DNA of 64,000 nucleotides from Gammaproteobacteria bacterium (GCA_016716465.1 JADJWH010000001.1:365414-429413), one strand, 5' to 3'; positions 18,257 through 28,903 are shown, counted from the first letter of the stretch. The notes: generated from the sequence alone by a model not told the origin. Numbers and translations are program-made.

Positions 18257-19003
18257 GTGATGTCCATGACTTCAGATGCAAAGCAGTCTTCCGAAACCAC
18301 AGATACCCAGCAGCAAGAGTCCACACCCGGGGCATTGCAGGGTGAAGTCTGGTTGACGATTCAGACTTACCAGGCTCAAAGCCTTATTCATGGCCGGCGA
18401 GCCGTCGATGGCAAGCCGGCGATCATCGGACTTATTGGGTTTGCAGATCGATTGAAGTCCTTATGGCAGGCAATCCGGTTTGACGACCCCTATGCAGACT
18501 GGTGGTTGCTCAAAGTGGAAGAGGGCATTGCCGATACCCGAGCACAGCTGCGCACATTACAGCAACGGATGGAGGGTCTTGTCGCGTCAAACGGTGCGCT
18601 GGAGTTCGCCATTGCGCAATCGAGCCGACCACAGCGTGTGTCCTTGCAGTTTGCCAATCCCTATGCCTTTCGGGCTGCGCAATTGCTGGGTCAGTACGAC
18701 CAGCTGATGTGCACAGACATGACGTTGCGTCACTTGGGCATCGACATACCCGGCGATCTTGTCGACCAGGTGGCCGGCTGCGGTCGCTGGGTGCGCCGTG
18801 TATTTGCCTTGCCTCAGGGGTACCACTGCCTGGAGATTCGCCGTGCTGATATTCGGCAAGGCACGCCGATGGTCGTCAAGGCGCGAGAGCGGATGGGCGA
18901 AATTCCAGAAGACATCCTATGTGGTGCCAGGCTGCCATCCCTGCGCCCAGTGACATTCCAAAAGATTGTTAGTAGCGAGCCTGTAGTGCCAGGTGAGGCG
19001 TAA
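18257..19003 (+). CDS. conserved ICE protein (TIGR03761-like)
   Basis: Synteny and size (~250 aa). Confidence 0.35.
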   Translation: MMSMTSDAKQSSETTDTQQQESTPGALQGEVWLTIQTYQAQSLIHGRRAVDGKPAIIGLIGFADRLKSLWQAIRFDDPYADWWLLKVEEGIADTRAQLRTLQQRMEGLVASNGALEFAIAQSSRPQRVSLQFANPYAFRAAQLLGQYDQLMCTDMTLRHLGIDIPGDLVDQVAGCGRWVRRVFALPQGYHCLEIRRADIRQGTPMVVKARERMGEIPEDILCGARLPSLRPVTFQKIVSSEPVVPGEA

Positions 19004-19008
19004 CTGGG

Positions 19009-19392
19009 ATGGCCAGCACCACGCGACAGCAGATAAGCGTTTCACTGGACACGCGGATTCCGCTCGAGGCGATGGTGTTACAGCGTCTGCACCGACTACC
19101 GAAGGACAGGCGAAACGATTGGTTACGGCAACTGGTGTTGACGGCATTTCAAAGCGAGTGCCATGTGATCAAGTCTGAGCAACGCCAGCCGGGTTTTTCG
19201 AACTCCGTGCGCAAGCCGAATACGACGAGCTACATGTATAGCGGTCACAGCAATCCTATCGCCAAACAGCAACGGACCGAGGCTGTTTCGGTTTCTGCAA
19301 CTTGTCGAGATAGGACCGAAATGCCCAGCCCTTTCCCGGTCAACAAATCACACAAACCTTTTACCCACCTCAGGCAAGTGATCGGTGAGTAA
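19009..19392 (+). CDS. hypothetical protein
   Basis: ORF in operon context. No motif. Confidence 0.35.
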   Translation: MASTTRQQISVSLDTRIPLEAMVLQRLHRLPKDRRNDWLRQLVLTAFQSECHVIKSEQRQPGFSNSVRKPNTTSYMYSGHSNPIAKQQRTEAVSVSATCRDRTEMPSPFPVNKSHKPFTHLRQVIGE

Positions 19393-19422
19393 TGACGAGA
19401 AACCGCTATCAGGACATTCATC

Positions 19423-20514
19423 ATGACAGAATTGACCGACGAAAAAGCTGCCCAGCAGAGACAAGCCGCCATTGCTGGCAATCCGATGCAGGTAGTCCAG
19501 GTGGGGCTGGATGACGGCTACGCCTATACCAAGGTGGCACTGCCGGATGGCCGCCTCGTATCCGTGCCGTCGCGGGCGCGCATAGGAGCGGCAGGTGTGA
19601 CCTGGATTCGGGATGTGGAGCAACGGATTTTCGAGTACGAAACCGCGGGGACAGTGTATTCCGTCGGCGCGGTCGATGGTGAACCGACGCAATTTGATGA
19701 ATACCCAGGCTCCGCACTCAACCGTGTCATTGTCCAGCACGCGTTACAAGAGGCGGGCTTATCGGGCCGCTCTCTCCATATGGTGACAGGATTGCCAGTC
19801 GCAGCATTTTATCGTGGCGATGGTCAGCAACGGCGACAGGCGATTCAAACCAAGCGAGACGGTCTCAAGTTAACGGTCGAGCCTGTCGTGGCCAAGAAGT
19901 CATCGACAAGGCCAGCGCTCAAAGCCAGCATTGCTTTTCACGAGGTTATTCCAGAGGCGCTGGCGGCTTGGTACGACTACGTCATTGTGACCTTGGATGA
20001 TGGCGTAACGCTGGATGCTGACCGACTCAATGCGCCGGTTGCTATCGTTGATATCGGCGGTCGAACCACAGATTACGTTGTCGTGCAGAACCAGGGTGTT
20101 GTCCACGGTTCCTCAGGTTCCCTGAACAGGGGGATGCTCGATGTGAAGCTTCGCGTCGCCAACCTGATCCAGGAACGGTTCGATCTCCACGAGCTCGGTG
20201 AGCAAATCATCAGCCGGGCCGTTGACACTAACCGTTTGCGGTTGCACGGCAAAGATCACGATGTATCCGACATGGTGATGAACGCCAAGCGCGAGCTGGT
20301 AGAGCGACTTTACGCAGAAACCCGCCGCAAACTCGGGCTGGGTGTGGAGCTTGATCGCGTCCTTTTTGTTGGTGGCGGCAGTGCGGCCCTGTCATCAGAC
20401 ATCGCCGACTGGTTCCCCAATCAAACCATCGCTGATCATGCAGCATTCGCCAATGCGCGGGGCATGCTCAAGTACCTACAGTTTGTCTGTGACGATTCTT
20501 CGAAGGAGCGATAG
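19423..20514 (+). CDS. ParM/StbA-like actin-fold segregation ATPase
   Basis: VVQVGLDDGYAYTKVAL (compare ParM IDDGSTNIK), VDIGGRTTDYVVV (phosphate-2), VLFVGGGSAALS (adenosine motif). Confidence 0.7.
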   Translation: MTELTDEKAAQQRQAAIAGNPMQVVQVGLDDGYAYTKVALPDGRLVSVPSRARIGAAGVTWIRDVEQRIFEYETAGTVYSVGAVDGEPTQFDEYPGSALNRVIVQHALQEAGLSGRSLHMVTGLPVAAFYRGDGQQRRQAIQTKRDGLKLTVEPVVAKKSSTRPALKASIAFHEVIPEALAAWYDYVIVTLDDGVTLDADRLNAPVAIVDIGGRTTDYVVVQNQGVVHGSSGSLNRGMLDVKLRVANLIQERFDLHELGEQIISRAVDTNRLRLHGKDHDVSDMVMNAKRELVERLYAETRRKLGLGVELDRVLFVGGGSAALSSDIADWFPNQTIADHAAFANARGMLKYLQFVCDDSSKER

Positions 20515-20703
20515 CGAATTTATACGTGGTCACTGCGGTCTCAGTGACAAGAAAGGTATCGTCGGATTGTGCAATCGATACCGCGGCTCTGCCGTCAATC
20601 CAGTGTCAGGGCTTTCCCTGATTTTACTCACCCTGCCGGGAAACGCCTTCCCGTCAGGGAAACGTGTTCTCCGGCATTTCATTGTGTTCAAGGAGAATAT
20701 GTT

Positions 20704-21132
20704 ATGACCAGTAGACAAACTACCGCTGAAAAGCCGAAGTATTTCGATCTTGATATTCACGGCATCGGTTATCTCAATCGTGTGCGTGAAGTGACGCCAG
20801 AGAATGGATTCCCATTTCTCAGTGTCACTATTGCGGCGCTACGAGGGCCTGCCGAAAACGTCCAGCACACGCATTTCGAATGTGTGGTGGTGGGTGAAGA
20901 AGCGAAGGATTTGGTCCGTCAGCTGACGCCGGCGGTGGAAGCTGACCTGAAAGTTCTGGTGGGTTTTCACCTCAGTGATCTGCAAGCCGAAACCTTCATC
21001 TTCAAAAACGGTAATCGAGCCGGTACGACGGGCATCAGTCTGAAGTCCCGGTTACTGCGGTTCCAATGGATCAAAGTTGAAGGCCAGCCGTTTCCGGCGC
21101 CGACATCTGAGGCCCATAACGCCGTAGCCTGA
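20704..21132 (+). CDS. conserved ICE hypothetical protein (start at MTSRQ; the listed ORF begins at 20569)
   Basis: RBS AAGGAG precedes the ATG at 20704. Confidence 0.5.
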   Translation: MTSRQTTAEKPKYFDLDIHGIGYLNRVREVTPENGFPFLSVTIAALRGPAENVQHTHFECVVVGEEAKDLVRQLTPAVEADLKVLVGFHLSDLQAETFIFKNGNRAGTTGISLKSRLLRFQWIKVEGQPFPAPTSEAHNAVA

Positions 21133-21237
21133 CGACCACATCTGACCGCATCCAACGATGCGGTCAATCTTTAACCCAACGCGAGGGAGACACTCCCTTG
21201 CAGGGCGGTCTCCTCGCATCTTTCAAGGAGAGCGCTT

Positions 21238-21753
21238 ATGGCTTCCAAATCTTCACCTACCCAGGTGATTCCTAAAAACCGTTTTGCACGTGTTCGCATG
21301 GCGTCGCTAAACGATCCTGAAAAGCAATCCCTGCTGGAGCTGGCCTTTGCGGTATTACACGATCTGCACCAGCCGGGCGTCGAGCTGCCGAGCCCCAACC
21401 ATACCCGTGACTTTTTACGGATGTTGTTGGCGGAGCGCAAAGCGGAGGTCTTTGGTTGTTTGTATCTGGATAACCGACATCGAGTGATCGAAACGGTCGA
21501 GTTGTTTCAGGGAACCATTGATGGTGCCTCGGTGTATCCCCGTGTGGTGGTGCAGCAGGCACTTACCGTCAACGCTGCAGCGGTGATGTTTTTTCATAAT
21601 CACCCGAGTGGAGTCGCCGAGCCCAGTAATGCGGACCAGGCGATTACGCGGCGGCTGAAAGAGGCGCTGGCACTCATCGACATTCGTGTGTTGGACCATT
21701 TTGTGGTCACTGCTGGCGAGTCAATTTCGTTTGCCGAACGCGGACTGCTCTAA
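21238..21753 (+). CDS. radC: RadC-like JAB/MPN domain protein
   Basis: HNHPSG...SxADxxxT motif ([23 protein letters not shown]). Confidence 0.85.
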   Translation: MASKSSPTQVIPKNRFARVRMASLNDPEKQSLLELAFAVLHDLHQPGVELPSPNHTRDFLRMLLAERKAEVFGCLYLDNRHRVIETVELFQGTIDGASVYPRVVVQQALTVNAAAVMFFHNHPSGVAEPSNADQAITRRLKEALALIDIRVLDHFVVTAGESISFAERGLL

Positions 21754-21848
21754 AAGACAATTTACTCAACCCATTGGGGAGTCACTGCTTCCCAATGGGA
21801 AGGAGGGACTCCCCGAATATTTTACTCATATCCTCAGGGAGAAACCTT

Positions 21849-22274
21849 ATGAAAAACTCAGAGAAAGCATCGTTGGAAGATATCTTCGGTCCGATCATCT
21901 CATCTTACAGCCGAGCACAGGCGATTGAAGACGGTGTATTGATCGACGTCACGAGTATGGCGCGTGAAGCCGGTTTCAAGTGGCCGGCGGCTCTAACGCA
22001 TGCGGCATGGTGTGATTGTGTCGCCTGGACTGAACGAGATAGCCGGTGTCAGGTACACCAGGATGAGACTGGTCGTTTGTGGGACGTGTTGTTTATGGCG
22101 TTCTATGCGATTCGAACGACCACTGACTCCGGCGATCGACTGCGGTTCTCGCTACATCGGGTGCCCAAAGACGGGCATTCCGTGGAAGCGGAGGAGGTGA
22201 CTTTGAAATTGATGGTGGGTCCCGGCGATGTCGGAGAGCCCGTTATTGCGATCATGTTGCCCAACGAAGATTAA
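21849..22274 (+). CDS. hypothetical protein
   Basis: ORF with RBS. No motif. Confidence 0.4.
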   Translation: MKNSEKASLEDIFGPIISSYSRAQAIEDGVLIDVTSMAREAGFKWPAALTHAAWCDCVAWTERDSRCQVHQDETGRLWDVLFMAFYAIRTTTDSGDRLRFSLHRVPKDGHSVEAEEVTLKLMVGPGDVGEPVIAIMLPNED

Positions 22275-23118
22275 TGACGCCGATCGAATCGGCTCCTTGC
22301 CCTGGCCACTTGGGATAAAGTGGCACTTCTTCGGTCCTCCCCCGCTTTGCTTCCGACGCAACCTGCCCCCGTGAAGTGCCAACACCACATCCAGCTGATA
22401 TTTCTTGCCGGTGGTTCCACTGTAACCACGGCGCGAATGGACCTGCTTATTCGACTGCCATGACAGGTCGAAGACCTGGCGTGGGAGTTGATTCGAACGA
22501 AGCCCTCGTCACTGGCAAGCGAAGCGGGGTAGTGACGAGGGCGGCGCAGCCTCGAACGACAACGGTTTGCGCATGGATTGTTGCGTTCCCGGCGAATTCG
22601 ATCTGGCTATACTGATGGCCATTGATCAATTGCAGAACAAAACGCGGCCACGGCGGTAACGTGGATGGGGGAAGTTGCCCTCGCCATCGAAAATGGCAAA
22701 AACAGCAGTAGCGCCACCAGAGCTTGAAAGGCGCACAGTCTCGGCTGCAGCTCATCTTCAATGCTTTTTCGTCATCGGGACTTTTGTCCTCTCTTCAAAC
22801 TGGCAATCGCCATTTCAAACCCGGCTCGCAAGCAGCCGACTTTCAATGTGCCGTTCACTCGACGGTTTCTTTCAATCTGCGGACTAATGGTTCCGCTTAC
22901 CTAAAAGGAGGTGAAGTACCCACCATTAAAGACGGGCTCTTAGAGCCCATTGGTTTACCTGGCGCCATCTTCAGCAGAAGAGCAGTCAGGTTGCCTGCGA
23001 CCAGGCTTATCAGGTCAAACGGGGAGTAGTGTCCCTTGACCCTTCCGCCTCGGCGGACCCTGTCAGGCTACGTGCCTGCGGTTGGTCATAAACACTTACC
23101 AGAGTTGGAAAGTACACG

Positions 23119-23985
23119 ATGCGAGACCTGAACTACCAATTGAAGCAAATGTGTCAGCGCAACCGGGATGGCAGCTACAGTACCCAGGCCAACCGGGCGC
23201 GTATGCTTAACCAGATCGCCAATCAGTTGCAGGAGATGGGGTACCGGCGCATGACCACGCGATCTCTCAAGCCGAAGCATGTGGACGCGCTTGTCCAGCG
23301 CTGGCTCAGTGACGGTATGGCGGCCGGTACCATAAAGAACCGCATGAATTGTCTGCGGTGGTGGGCCGCCAAAGTGGATCGGCGTAACGTTATCGCACGA
23401 TCAAATGACTTCTACGGCATCCCCGATCGACAATTCGTCAGTAACGATTCCAAGGCGGTTGCTGTTGACGACAATGCACTGTCTAACGTCAAAGACGACC
23501 ATGTACGCATGAGCCTGGAACTTCAGCGCGCCTTTGGCCTGCGCAGAGAGGAGGCAATCAAATTCATGCCAGGTTACGCTGATCAGGGCGATCATGTTCG
23601 CCTGAAGGCCTCCTGGACGAAAGGCGGCAAGGCGCGCGTTGTGCCGGTGCACCACAAGGAACAGCGTGATGTCTTGGATCGAGCCCACCGACTGGTGGGA
23701 TCCGGTTCCCTGATTCCCCCGCAGAAAAATTACATTCAGCAGTTGCGTACCTACGAGCGTCATACCACTCAGGCAGGTTTGTCGAAACTGCATGGCCTGC
23801 GCCATGCGTATGCTCAGTCACGCTATCAGGCGTTGACGGGTTGGGCCTGTCCTGCGGCGGGTGGTCCGACCGCAAAAAGTTTGAGTGCTGAGCAACGACA
23901 GCAGGACCATCAGGCACGACTCACCATCAGTCGCGAATTAGGCCATGTTCGCGAACAGATCAGCGCCGTTTACTTAGGGCGATAA
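23119..23985 (+). CDS. tyrosine recombinase (phage integrase family) internal to the ICE
   Basis: C-terminal HGLRHAYA...AVYLGR. Typical of the XerD-like gene preceding the T4SS region in this ICE family. Confidence 0.7.
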   Translation: MRDLNYQLKQMCQRNRDGSYSTQANRARMLNQIANQLQEMGYRRMTTRSLKPKHVDALVQRWLSDGMAAGTIKNRMNCLRWWAAKVDRRNVIARSNDFYGIPDRQFVSNDSKAVAVDDNALSNVKDDHVRMSLELQRAFGLRREEAIKFMPGYADQGDHVRLKASWTKGGKARVVPVHHKEQRDVLDRAHRLVGSGSLIPPQKNYIQQLRTYERHTTQAGLSKLHGLRHAYAQSRYQALTGWACPAAGGPTAKSLSAEQRQQDHQARLTISRELGHVREQISAVYLGR

Positions 23986-24101
23986 GTTTTGGCAGGTGGA
24001 CGTGTCACAGAAAAGCTCGACATTGATCGAGTGGATTAACCATTCACGCCAGAAGATCACTTGGCGATCATGACGCCATTCATCACGATCAAGGCCAAAA
24101 C

Positions 24102-24596
24102 ATGTCTTCGTCCAAACATCACCCAATGTCACACCTCTTGAGGATGCTGATGTGTTGTTCTGCGGCAGCCGTCGTGAGCCATTCAGCAGTGGCGGAGGAG
24201 CGTCCCGTCACAGCAATCAGCACACTGACTCAAATTAATCGCTATTCAGTGATAGCCGTTCGGCCGACCGCCGGGCAGCGCGATCTGTTGTCCGTGACAA
24301 GAGCGATCACCATTCCAAGCGACATTGAAAGTGTGGGGGAGGCCTTCCACTGGATGTTGCGAGATTCTGGCTATCGCCTGGCGGCCGATGGCGTGCTATC
24401 GGAGGAGGCGAGAGCCATGCTGGAGCTGCCGCTGCCGGCCGTGCATCGCCGCTTTGAGCCCATGCCGCTCGAAACCGTGATGGGACTCTTGAGTGGTCCT
24501 GCTTTTCACCTTATCCAGGATCCCGTTCACCGCCTCATTGCATTCGAGCGTTGCGCGGATATTCCAGACCCCAATGCGACGGGAGGTGTGCAGTAA
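24102..24596 (+). CDS. ICE conjugative-region exported protein
   Basis: Signal peptide. Synteny at the start of the T4SS block. Confidence 0.4.
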   Translation: MSSSKHHPMSHLLRMLMCCSAAAVVSHSAVAEERPVTAISTLTQINRYSVIAVRPTAGQRDLLSVTRAITIPSDIESVGEAFHWMLRDSGYRLAADGVLSEEARAMLELPLPAVHRRFEPMPLETVMGLLSGPAFHLIQDPVHRLIAFERCADIPDPNATGGVQ

Positions 24597-24823
24597 TGGA
24601 AGCCTTTGTCATTGCGATTGTTTTTGTCACCGCATGGGTTATGGGTGCTGAGTCGAGGCAAGTTGATCCGGAACCGCGTGTTGAAAGTGAGGTTGTTTCG
24701 ACGAGCGGGAAGGTAGATGTTCGAGAACCCGCCGTGCCCATTTGTGACCCGGATTATCACCTGATTATTCAGCGCGATCTGACCGTGCGTGTCGATCAAA
24801 AGGTCAATGAAGATGACTATTGA
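24596..24823 (+). CDS. small membrane protein
   Basis: MEAFVIAIVFVTAWVMG TM helix. The ATG at 24596 overlaps the previous stop. Confidence 0.35.
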   Translation: MEAFVIAIVFVTAWVMGAESRQVDPEPRVESEVVSTSGKVDVREPAVPICDPDYHLIIQRDLTVRVDQKVNEDDY

Positions 24824-25631
24824 TTGTCGCGTGAGAAAACCTGGCGTCGGGTTTATCGGGTTCTGCCTTTGCCTCGCGTTGCCTGTTTACGCTGATAGCC
24901 TTCAGACAGCGGAATCGCAATCTTCGAACACACCGGCGATTGAGCAATCCGTGACAGAACGTATTGACTCGCTGGCGTTTCGTGCTAACCAGTGGGGGCT
25001 AGATGAATCGGAATGGCAGCGTTACCAATCCCTGATGCAAGGTGTCCGGGGCAGCGTGAGTCCTGCGACCTTGTCACCCCTCGAAGTGCTGGGCATTCAC
25101 GCGCGTAGTGCTGATGAACGTCGGCGCTACGCAGAGCGATGGGCGGTTATGATGCGAGACGATGCTGAGCGCATTCTGGCGTTTCAGCGGGCCTACGACG
25201 ACGCCCAGCGGCGCTTGTTTCCCAACGGCTTGTTGATCGACCCCGGTGTTGTAGCTTCCACTAAGCCGGATCAAGGTCTGGCTGGAAACTTCGCGTGGCA
25301 GTCGTCTGACCGGGTGTTGTTCTTTACCGATACCCAATGCCCGACCTGCGATGCGGTGCTGGAGCGATTGGTGAGCCAGATCAAACACTTCGCAGGCATC
25401 GATCTGTACCTGATCGATGTGTCCGCCGGTGACGAATTCCGTATACGCGACTGGGCGGCCTCGAAACAGATCGATCCTCAATGGGTCAGCGAGCACAAGA
25501 TTACCCTGAACATTGATGCGGGTGCGCTCAACCAGGTTGCCGGCCACACGGGGCAACAGGGACAGGATTTACCGATACTGATACTACGCCGGGAAGGGCG
25601 ATTGGATCCCTTGCCGGCATCACGATTTTAA
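24807..25631 (+). CDS. ICE conjugative-region periplasmic protein with thioredoxin-like CxxC (TIGR03759-like)
   Basis: Signal peptide GFIGFCLCLALPVYA. TQCPTCD motif. Confidence 0.5.
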   Translation: MKMTIDCRVRKPGVGFIGFCLCLALPVYADSLQTAESQSSNTPAIEQSVTERIDSLAFRANQWGLDESEWQRYQSLMQGVRGSVSPATLSPLEVLGIHARSADERRRYAERWAVMMRDDAERILAFQRAYDDAQRRLFPNGLLIDPGVVASTKPDQGLAGNFAWQSSDRVLFFTDTQCPTCDAVLERLVSQIKHFAGIDLYLIDVSAGDEFRIRDWAASKQIDPQWVSEHKITLNIDAGALNQVAGHTGQQGQDLPILILRREGRLDPLPASRF

Positions 25632-25643
25632 GGAGTAGCGATC

Positions 25644-26207
25644 ATGGCACGCCGGTTAATCACGGTCTGCTTTGTCGGCGTTCTGTGGTGGTCGACGCCC
25701 GCGCAGTCACAATCCGTGCCAGTGGGATATAAGAAAGTCGCGAGCGAATACGGCCTTCCTCCGGCCTTGCTCTATTCGGTCGCCCTGACCGAAAGTGGGC
25801 AAAGCTCGCTTAGCGAAGGACAGCTTCGACCCTGGCCGTGGGCACTCAATATCGACGGCGAAGGGCACTATTTTTCGTCACGTCAGCTGGCATGGCATGC
25901 CCTGCAGGCGGCGTTAACGGAAACGGAAGCCTCGTCGGTGGATGTCGGTCTGATGCAAATCAGTTGGCGCTACCATCGGGCAGACCTGGGCTCATCCTGG
26001 CAGGCGCTGGATCCCTACCACAACTTGCGAGTGGCCGCCGCGATCCTGCGCGACTGCTTTGTCGAACACACCAACTGGATTCAAAGCGCCGGCTGCTATC
26101 ACGCACCGAATGATCCTGCCCGAGCTGACCGCTATGGTCAGCGGGTCAAGGCGCACTGGATGCGGTTGACCGATACACCAACGGAGGTGCACCTTGAGTA
26201 TCCGTAA
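25644..26207 (+). CDS. lytic transglycosylase (SLT domain), T4SS-associated
   Basis: LLYSVALTESG...GLMQI...WRYH fits the SLT catalytic region (E-S, GLMQ). Confidence 0.8.
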   Translation: MARRLITVCFVGVLWWSTPAQSQSVPVGYKKVASEYGLPPALLYSVALTESGQSSLSEGQLRPWPWALNIDGEGHYFSSRQLAWHALQAALTETEASSVDVGLMQISWRYHRADLGSSWQALDPYHNLRVAAAILRDCFVEHTNWIQSAGCYHAPNDPARADRYGQRVKAHWMRLTDTPTEVHLEYP

Positions 26208-26775
26208 ACAACGAATGTTGTCTGTCCTCGTGCCCGCATTGTTACTCGCGATAGGCGGGGGTTCTTCCGCATTGGCGGATCTGACAGTGATTTATGACAG
26301 CGGCCAAACCCAACCTTTGTCGCCGTTACTTGGTCCGTTCCAGGCGGATGAAACGCCGTCGACCGATCCTGCCAAAGCAAGCGAACCGAATCCATCGTCC
26401 AAATCTATGCTCGGCCCAGCAGTATTGAGTAACTTGTTGCCGTTGCACTCACCCGGATTGGAGGTCGGCGATAGTGGTGACACTCCACTGAATCCCGAGG
26501 TGCTGACGCGGCTCGCGCAGGGTAATCCGCGCCCGTTTTTTTTAATCGGATCGGACGCGGTGTCATTGCAGTGGCTGGCCTATCACCGGGACACACTCCG
26601 GCGCCTGGGTGCGGCGGGCATGTTGGTGCAGGCCGATACCGAGGCCGACGTTAGACGGGTTGCCGAGGTGGCGCAGGGCTTATCCATCACCCTGGGTTCA
26701 GGGAGTGATCTGGCCGCGGCGCTGGCTATTCATCATTACCCGGTATTGATTAGCCGTGATGGCATCCGACAATGA
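26194..26775 (+). CDS. ICE conjugative-region protein (TIGR03765-like)
   Basis: Signal peptide. Synteny. Confidence 0.4.
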   Translation: MSIRKQRMLSVLVPALLLAIGGGSSALADLTVIYDSGQTQPLSPLLGPFQADETPSTDPAKASEPNPSSKSMLGPAVLSNLLPLHSPGLEVGDSGDTPLNPEVLTRLAQGNPRPFFLIGSDAVSLQWLAYHRDTLRRLGAAGMLVQADTEADVRRVAEVAQGLSITLGSGSDLAAALAIHHYPVLISRDGIRQ

Positions 26776-28901
26776 GCACGCATCCAATGGAAGCGCTGCT
26801 GCGGCCTCCCGTGGAATTGTGGTCCACCTGTACGGCGTTAGCGGCTGGCACGATGGCCTGGCTCGCCCCTTGGGCCTTGATGATGCCATCGGGTATTGCA
26901 ACTGCTACAAGCCTGACCTTTTTCGGTTTTGGCATGTGGCGTGGGCGCCAGGCATGGCGTGTGCTGCGTTACCAGCACAACATGAAGCGACTGCCGAAAT
27001 ATCAAGTGCGGGCCAACCAGATCCCCGTCAGTCATCATAAGCTGTTTTTGGGCAAAGGCTTTCGCTGGACCCAGCAACACACCCAACGTCTTCGCGATAC
27101 CCTGAAGCCCGAGGTTCAACGTTACGTTCAGCCAGGCACGTACTACCAGTGGGCACGGCAAAAGGAGGTAGCCTGGGAATCGATTCCAATCCTGTCTTTA
27201 CTGGCCAAAGCCCTGCGCAGTCGATCCCGTTGGAACCCGCTGGCACCATTACCTGCCGTCGGCGGCAAGCCCGCACTGCACGCGGTTGATCCTCATGAAC
27301 AGCCCGTGTGGATGGATCTGGGCGAACGGGTTGGACACACGCTGGTGTTGGGTACCACGCGCGTCGGTAAGACACGCCTGGCGGAACTGCTGATTACCCA
27401 GGACATCCGTCGGGGTGATGTCGTCATTGTCTTCGATCCGAAAGGGGATGCCGATCTGTTGCGTCGCATCTACGCCGAGGCAAAGCGGGCCGGTCGTCTG
27501 GACGATTTTTATCTGTTTCATCTCGGTTTCCCCGAATTGTCGGCACGCTACAACGCCATCGGTAATTTCTCCCGCATCACCGAGGTTGCGACCCGTATCG
27601 CCAATCAGTTGCCCAATGAGGGCAACTCCGCTGCCTTCAAAGAGTTCGCCTGGCGTTTCGTCAACATCATTGCGCGATCGCTGGTGGCCCTGAAGCGCCG
27701 ACCGGACTACCAACAGATCCGCCGTTACATCAACGACATTGAACCCTTGTTTGTGGAATATGCCGGCCATTGTGCCGACATTGCTGGCATCGATGCCTGG
27801 GCGTCCCTGGTTGAAGAACGCGCAGCGGATATCAAAGAGCGCAACCTGTCCAATGCACTGCGTGGCCGGTCGATGGAAGCCATAGCGTGTATGCGGTTGC
27901 TGCAGGAGAGAGCCATTTATGACCCCGTCCTGGATGGACTTATTTCCGCATTCAAATACGACAAAACCTATTTCGACAAGATTGTGAGTTCCGTTGGCCC
28001 ACTGATGGAAAAACTGACCACCGGCACCATCGCCGCTCTGATATCGCCTGATTACCAGGATGAACACGATGCCAGGCCGATCTTTGAATGGATGGATGTG
28101 GTGCGCCGCAAGGGCATCGTTTATGTGGGACTGGATGCTCTCACCGATACGACGGTGGCCAGCGCGGTCGGGAATTCCATGTTTGCAGATTTGGTGTCTG
28201 TGGCGGGGCATATCTACAAGCACGGCGTCGCGACTAATGGCGCTGATGCGTCAGAATCAGAACGCCAGCGGCATTCCATCCCCACAATCTCCCTGCATGC
28301 GGATGAGTTCAACGAGTTGATCGGTGATGAGTTCGTGCCGCTGTTGAACAAGGCGGGAGGGGCAGGCTTTCAGGTCACGGCCTACACCCAGACCTGGTCG
28401 GACGTGGAAGCGCGTATCGGCAGTCGGGCCAAAGCGGGTCAGGTGGCCGGCAACTTCAACACAATGCTGATGCTACGAGTAAAGGAGCTGGATACCGCTG
28501 CGATGCTGACCGAGCAGTTGCCGCGGGTTGAAGTCTTCACCCTGATGAGTGTCTCCGGCGTCGATGATTCATCGGATCCCGGTTCCGGGGTCGACTTCAA
28601 ATCCCGCAACGAAGACCGGATCAGTGTTTCGGAAGTGCCGATGCTGACCGCTGCCGATATGGTCACGCTGCCCAAAGGGCAGGCCTTCGCGCTGTTGGAA
28701 GGTGGCCAGCTCTGGAAAATCCGTATCCCGTTGCCGGATAACCGTGAGGATACGGCCATGCCAGGCGATTTTGAGGAGATGGCCGATGCCATGCGTCGCA
28801 GCTACATCACCAACGATCACTGGTATCGAGTCACTGACCACTGGTGGCACGCCGTCTCCGAGGCGACGGTCGAATCTGTAGATCCCGATGTGCAAACCTA
28901 A
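26772..28901 (+). CDS. traD: type IV coupling protein TraD (ICE SXT/TOL-type)
   Basis: N-terminal TM helices. Walker A GTTRVGKT. 709 aa. Confidence 0.85.
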   Translation: MSTHPMEALLRPPVELWSTCTALAAGTMAWLAPWALMMPSGIATATSLTFFGFGMWRGRQAWRVLRYQHNMKRLPKYQVRANQIPVSHHKLFLGKGFRWTQQHTQRLRDTLKPEVQRYVQPGTYYQWARQKEVAWESIPILSLLAKALRSRSRWNPLAPLPAVGGKPALHAVDPHEQPVWMDLGERVGHTLVLGTTRVGKTRLAELLITQDIRRGDVVIVFDPKGDADLLRRIYAEAKRAGRLDDFYLFHLGFPELSARYNAIGNFSRITEVATRIANQLPNEGNSAAFKEFAWRFVNIIARSLVALKRRPDYQQIRRYINDIEPLFVEYAGHCADIAGIDAWASLVEERAADIKERNLSNALRGRSMEAIACMRLLQERAIYDPVLDGLISAFKYDKTYFDKIVSSVGPLMEKLTTGTIAALISPDYQDEHDARPIFEWMDVVRRKGIVYVGLDALTDTTVASAVGNSMFADLVSVAGHIYKHGVATNGADASESERQRHSIPTISLHADEFNELIGDEFVPLLNKAGGAGFQVTAYTQTWSDVEARIGSRAKAGQVAGNFNTMLMLRVKELDTAAMLTEQLPRVEVFTLMSVSGVDDSSDPGSGVDFKSRNEDRISVSEVPMLTAADMVTLPKGQAFALLEGGQLWKIRIPLPDNREDTAMPGDFEEMADAMRRSYITNDHWYRVTDHWWHAVSEATVESVDPDVQT

Positions 28902-28903
28902 GC

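Noticed and set aside
22724-23029. Small ORFs (70-101 aa) in the 22300-23100 gap
   Set aside because: No RBS, atypical composition and no motifs. The region is better treated as non-coding or regulatory.
27249-28223. 324-aa minus-strand ORF inside traD
   Set aside because: Antisense to a gene with a Walker A motif and TM topology. No independent signals.
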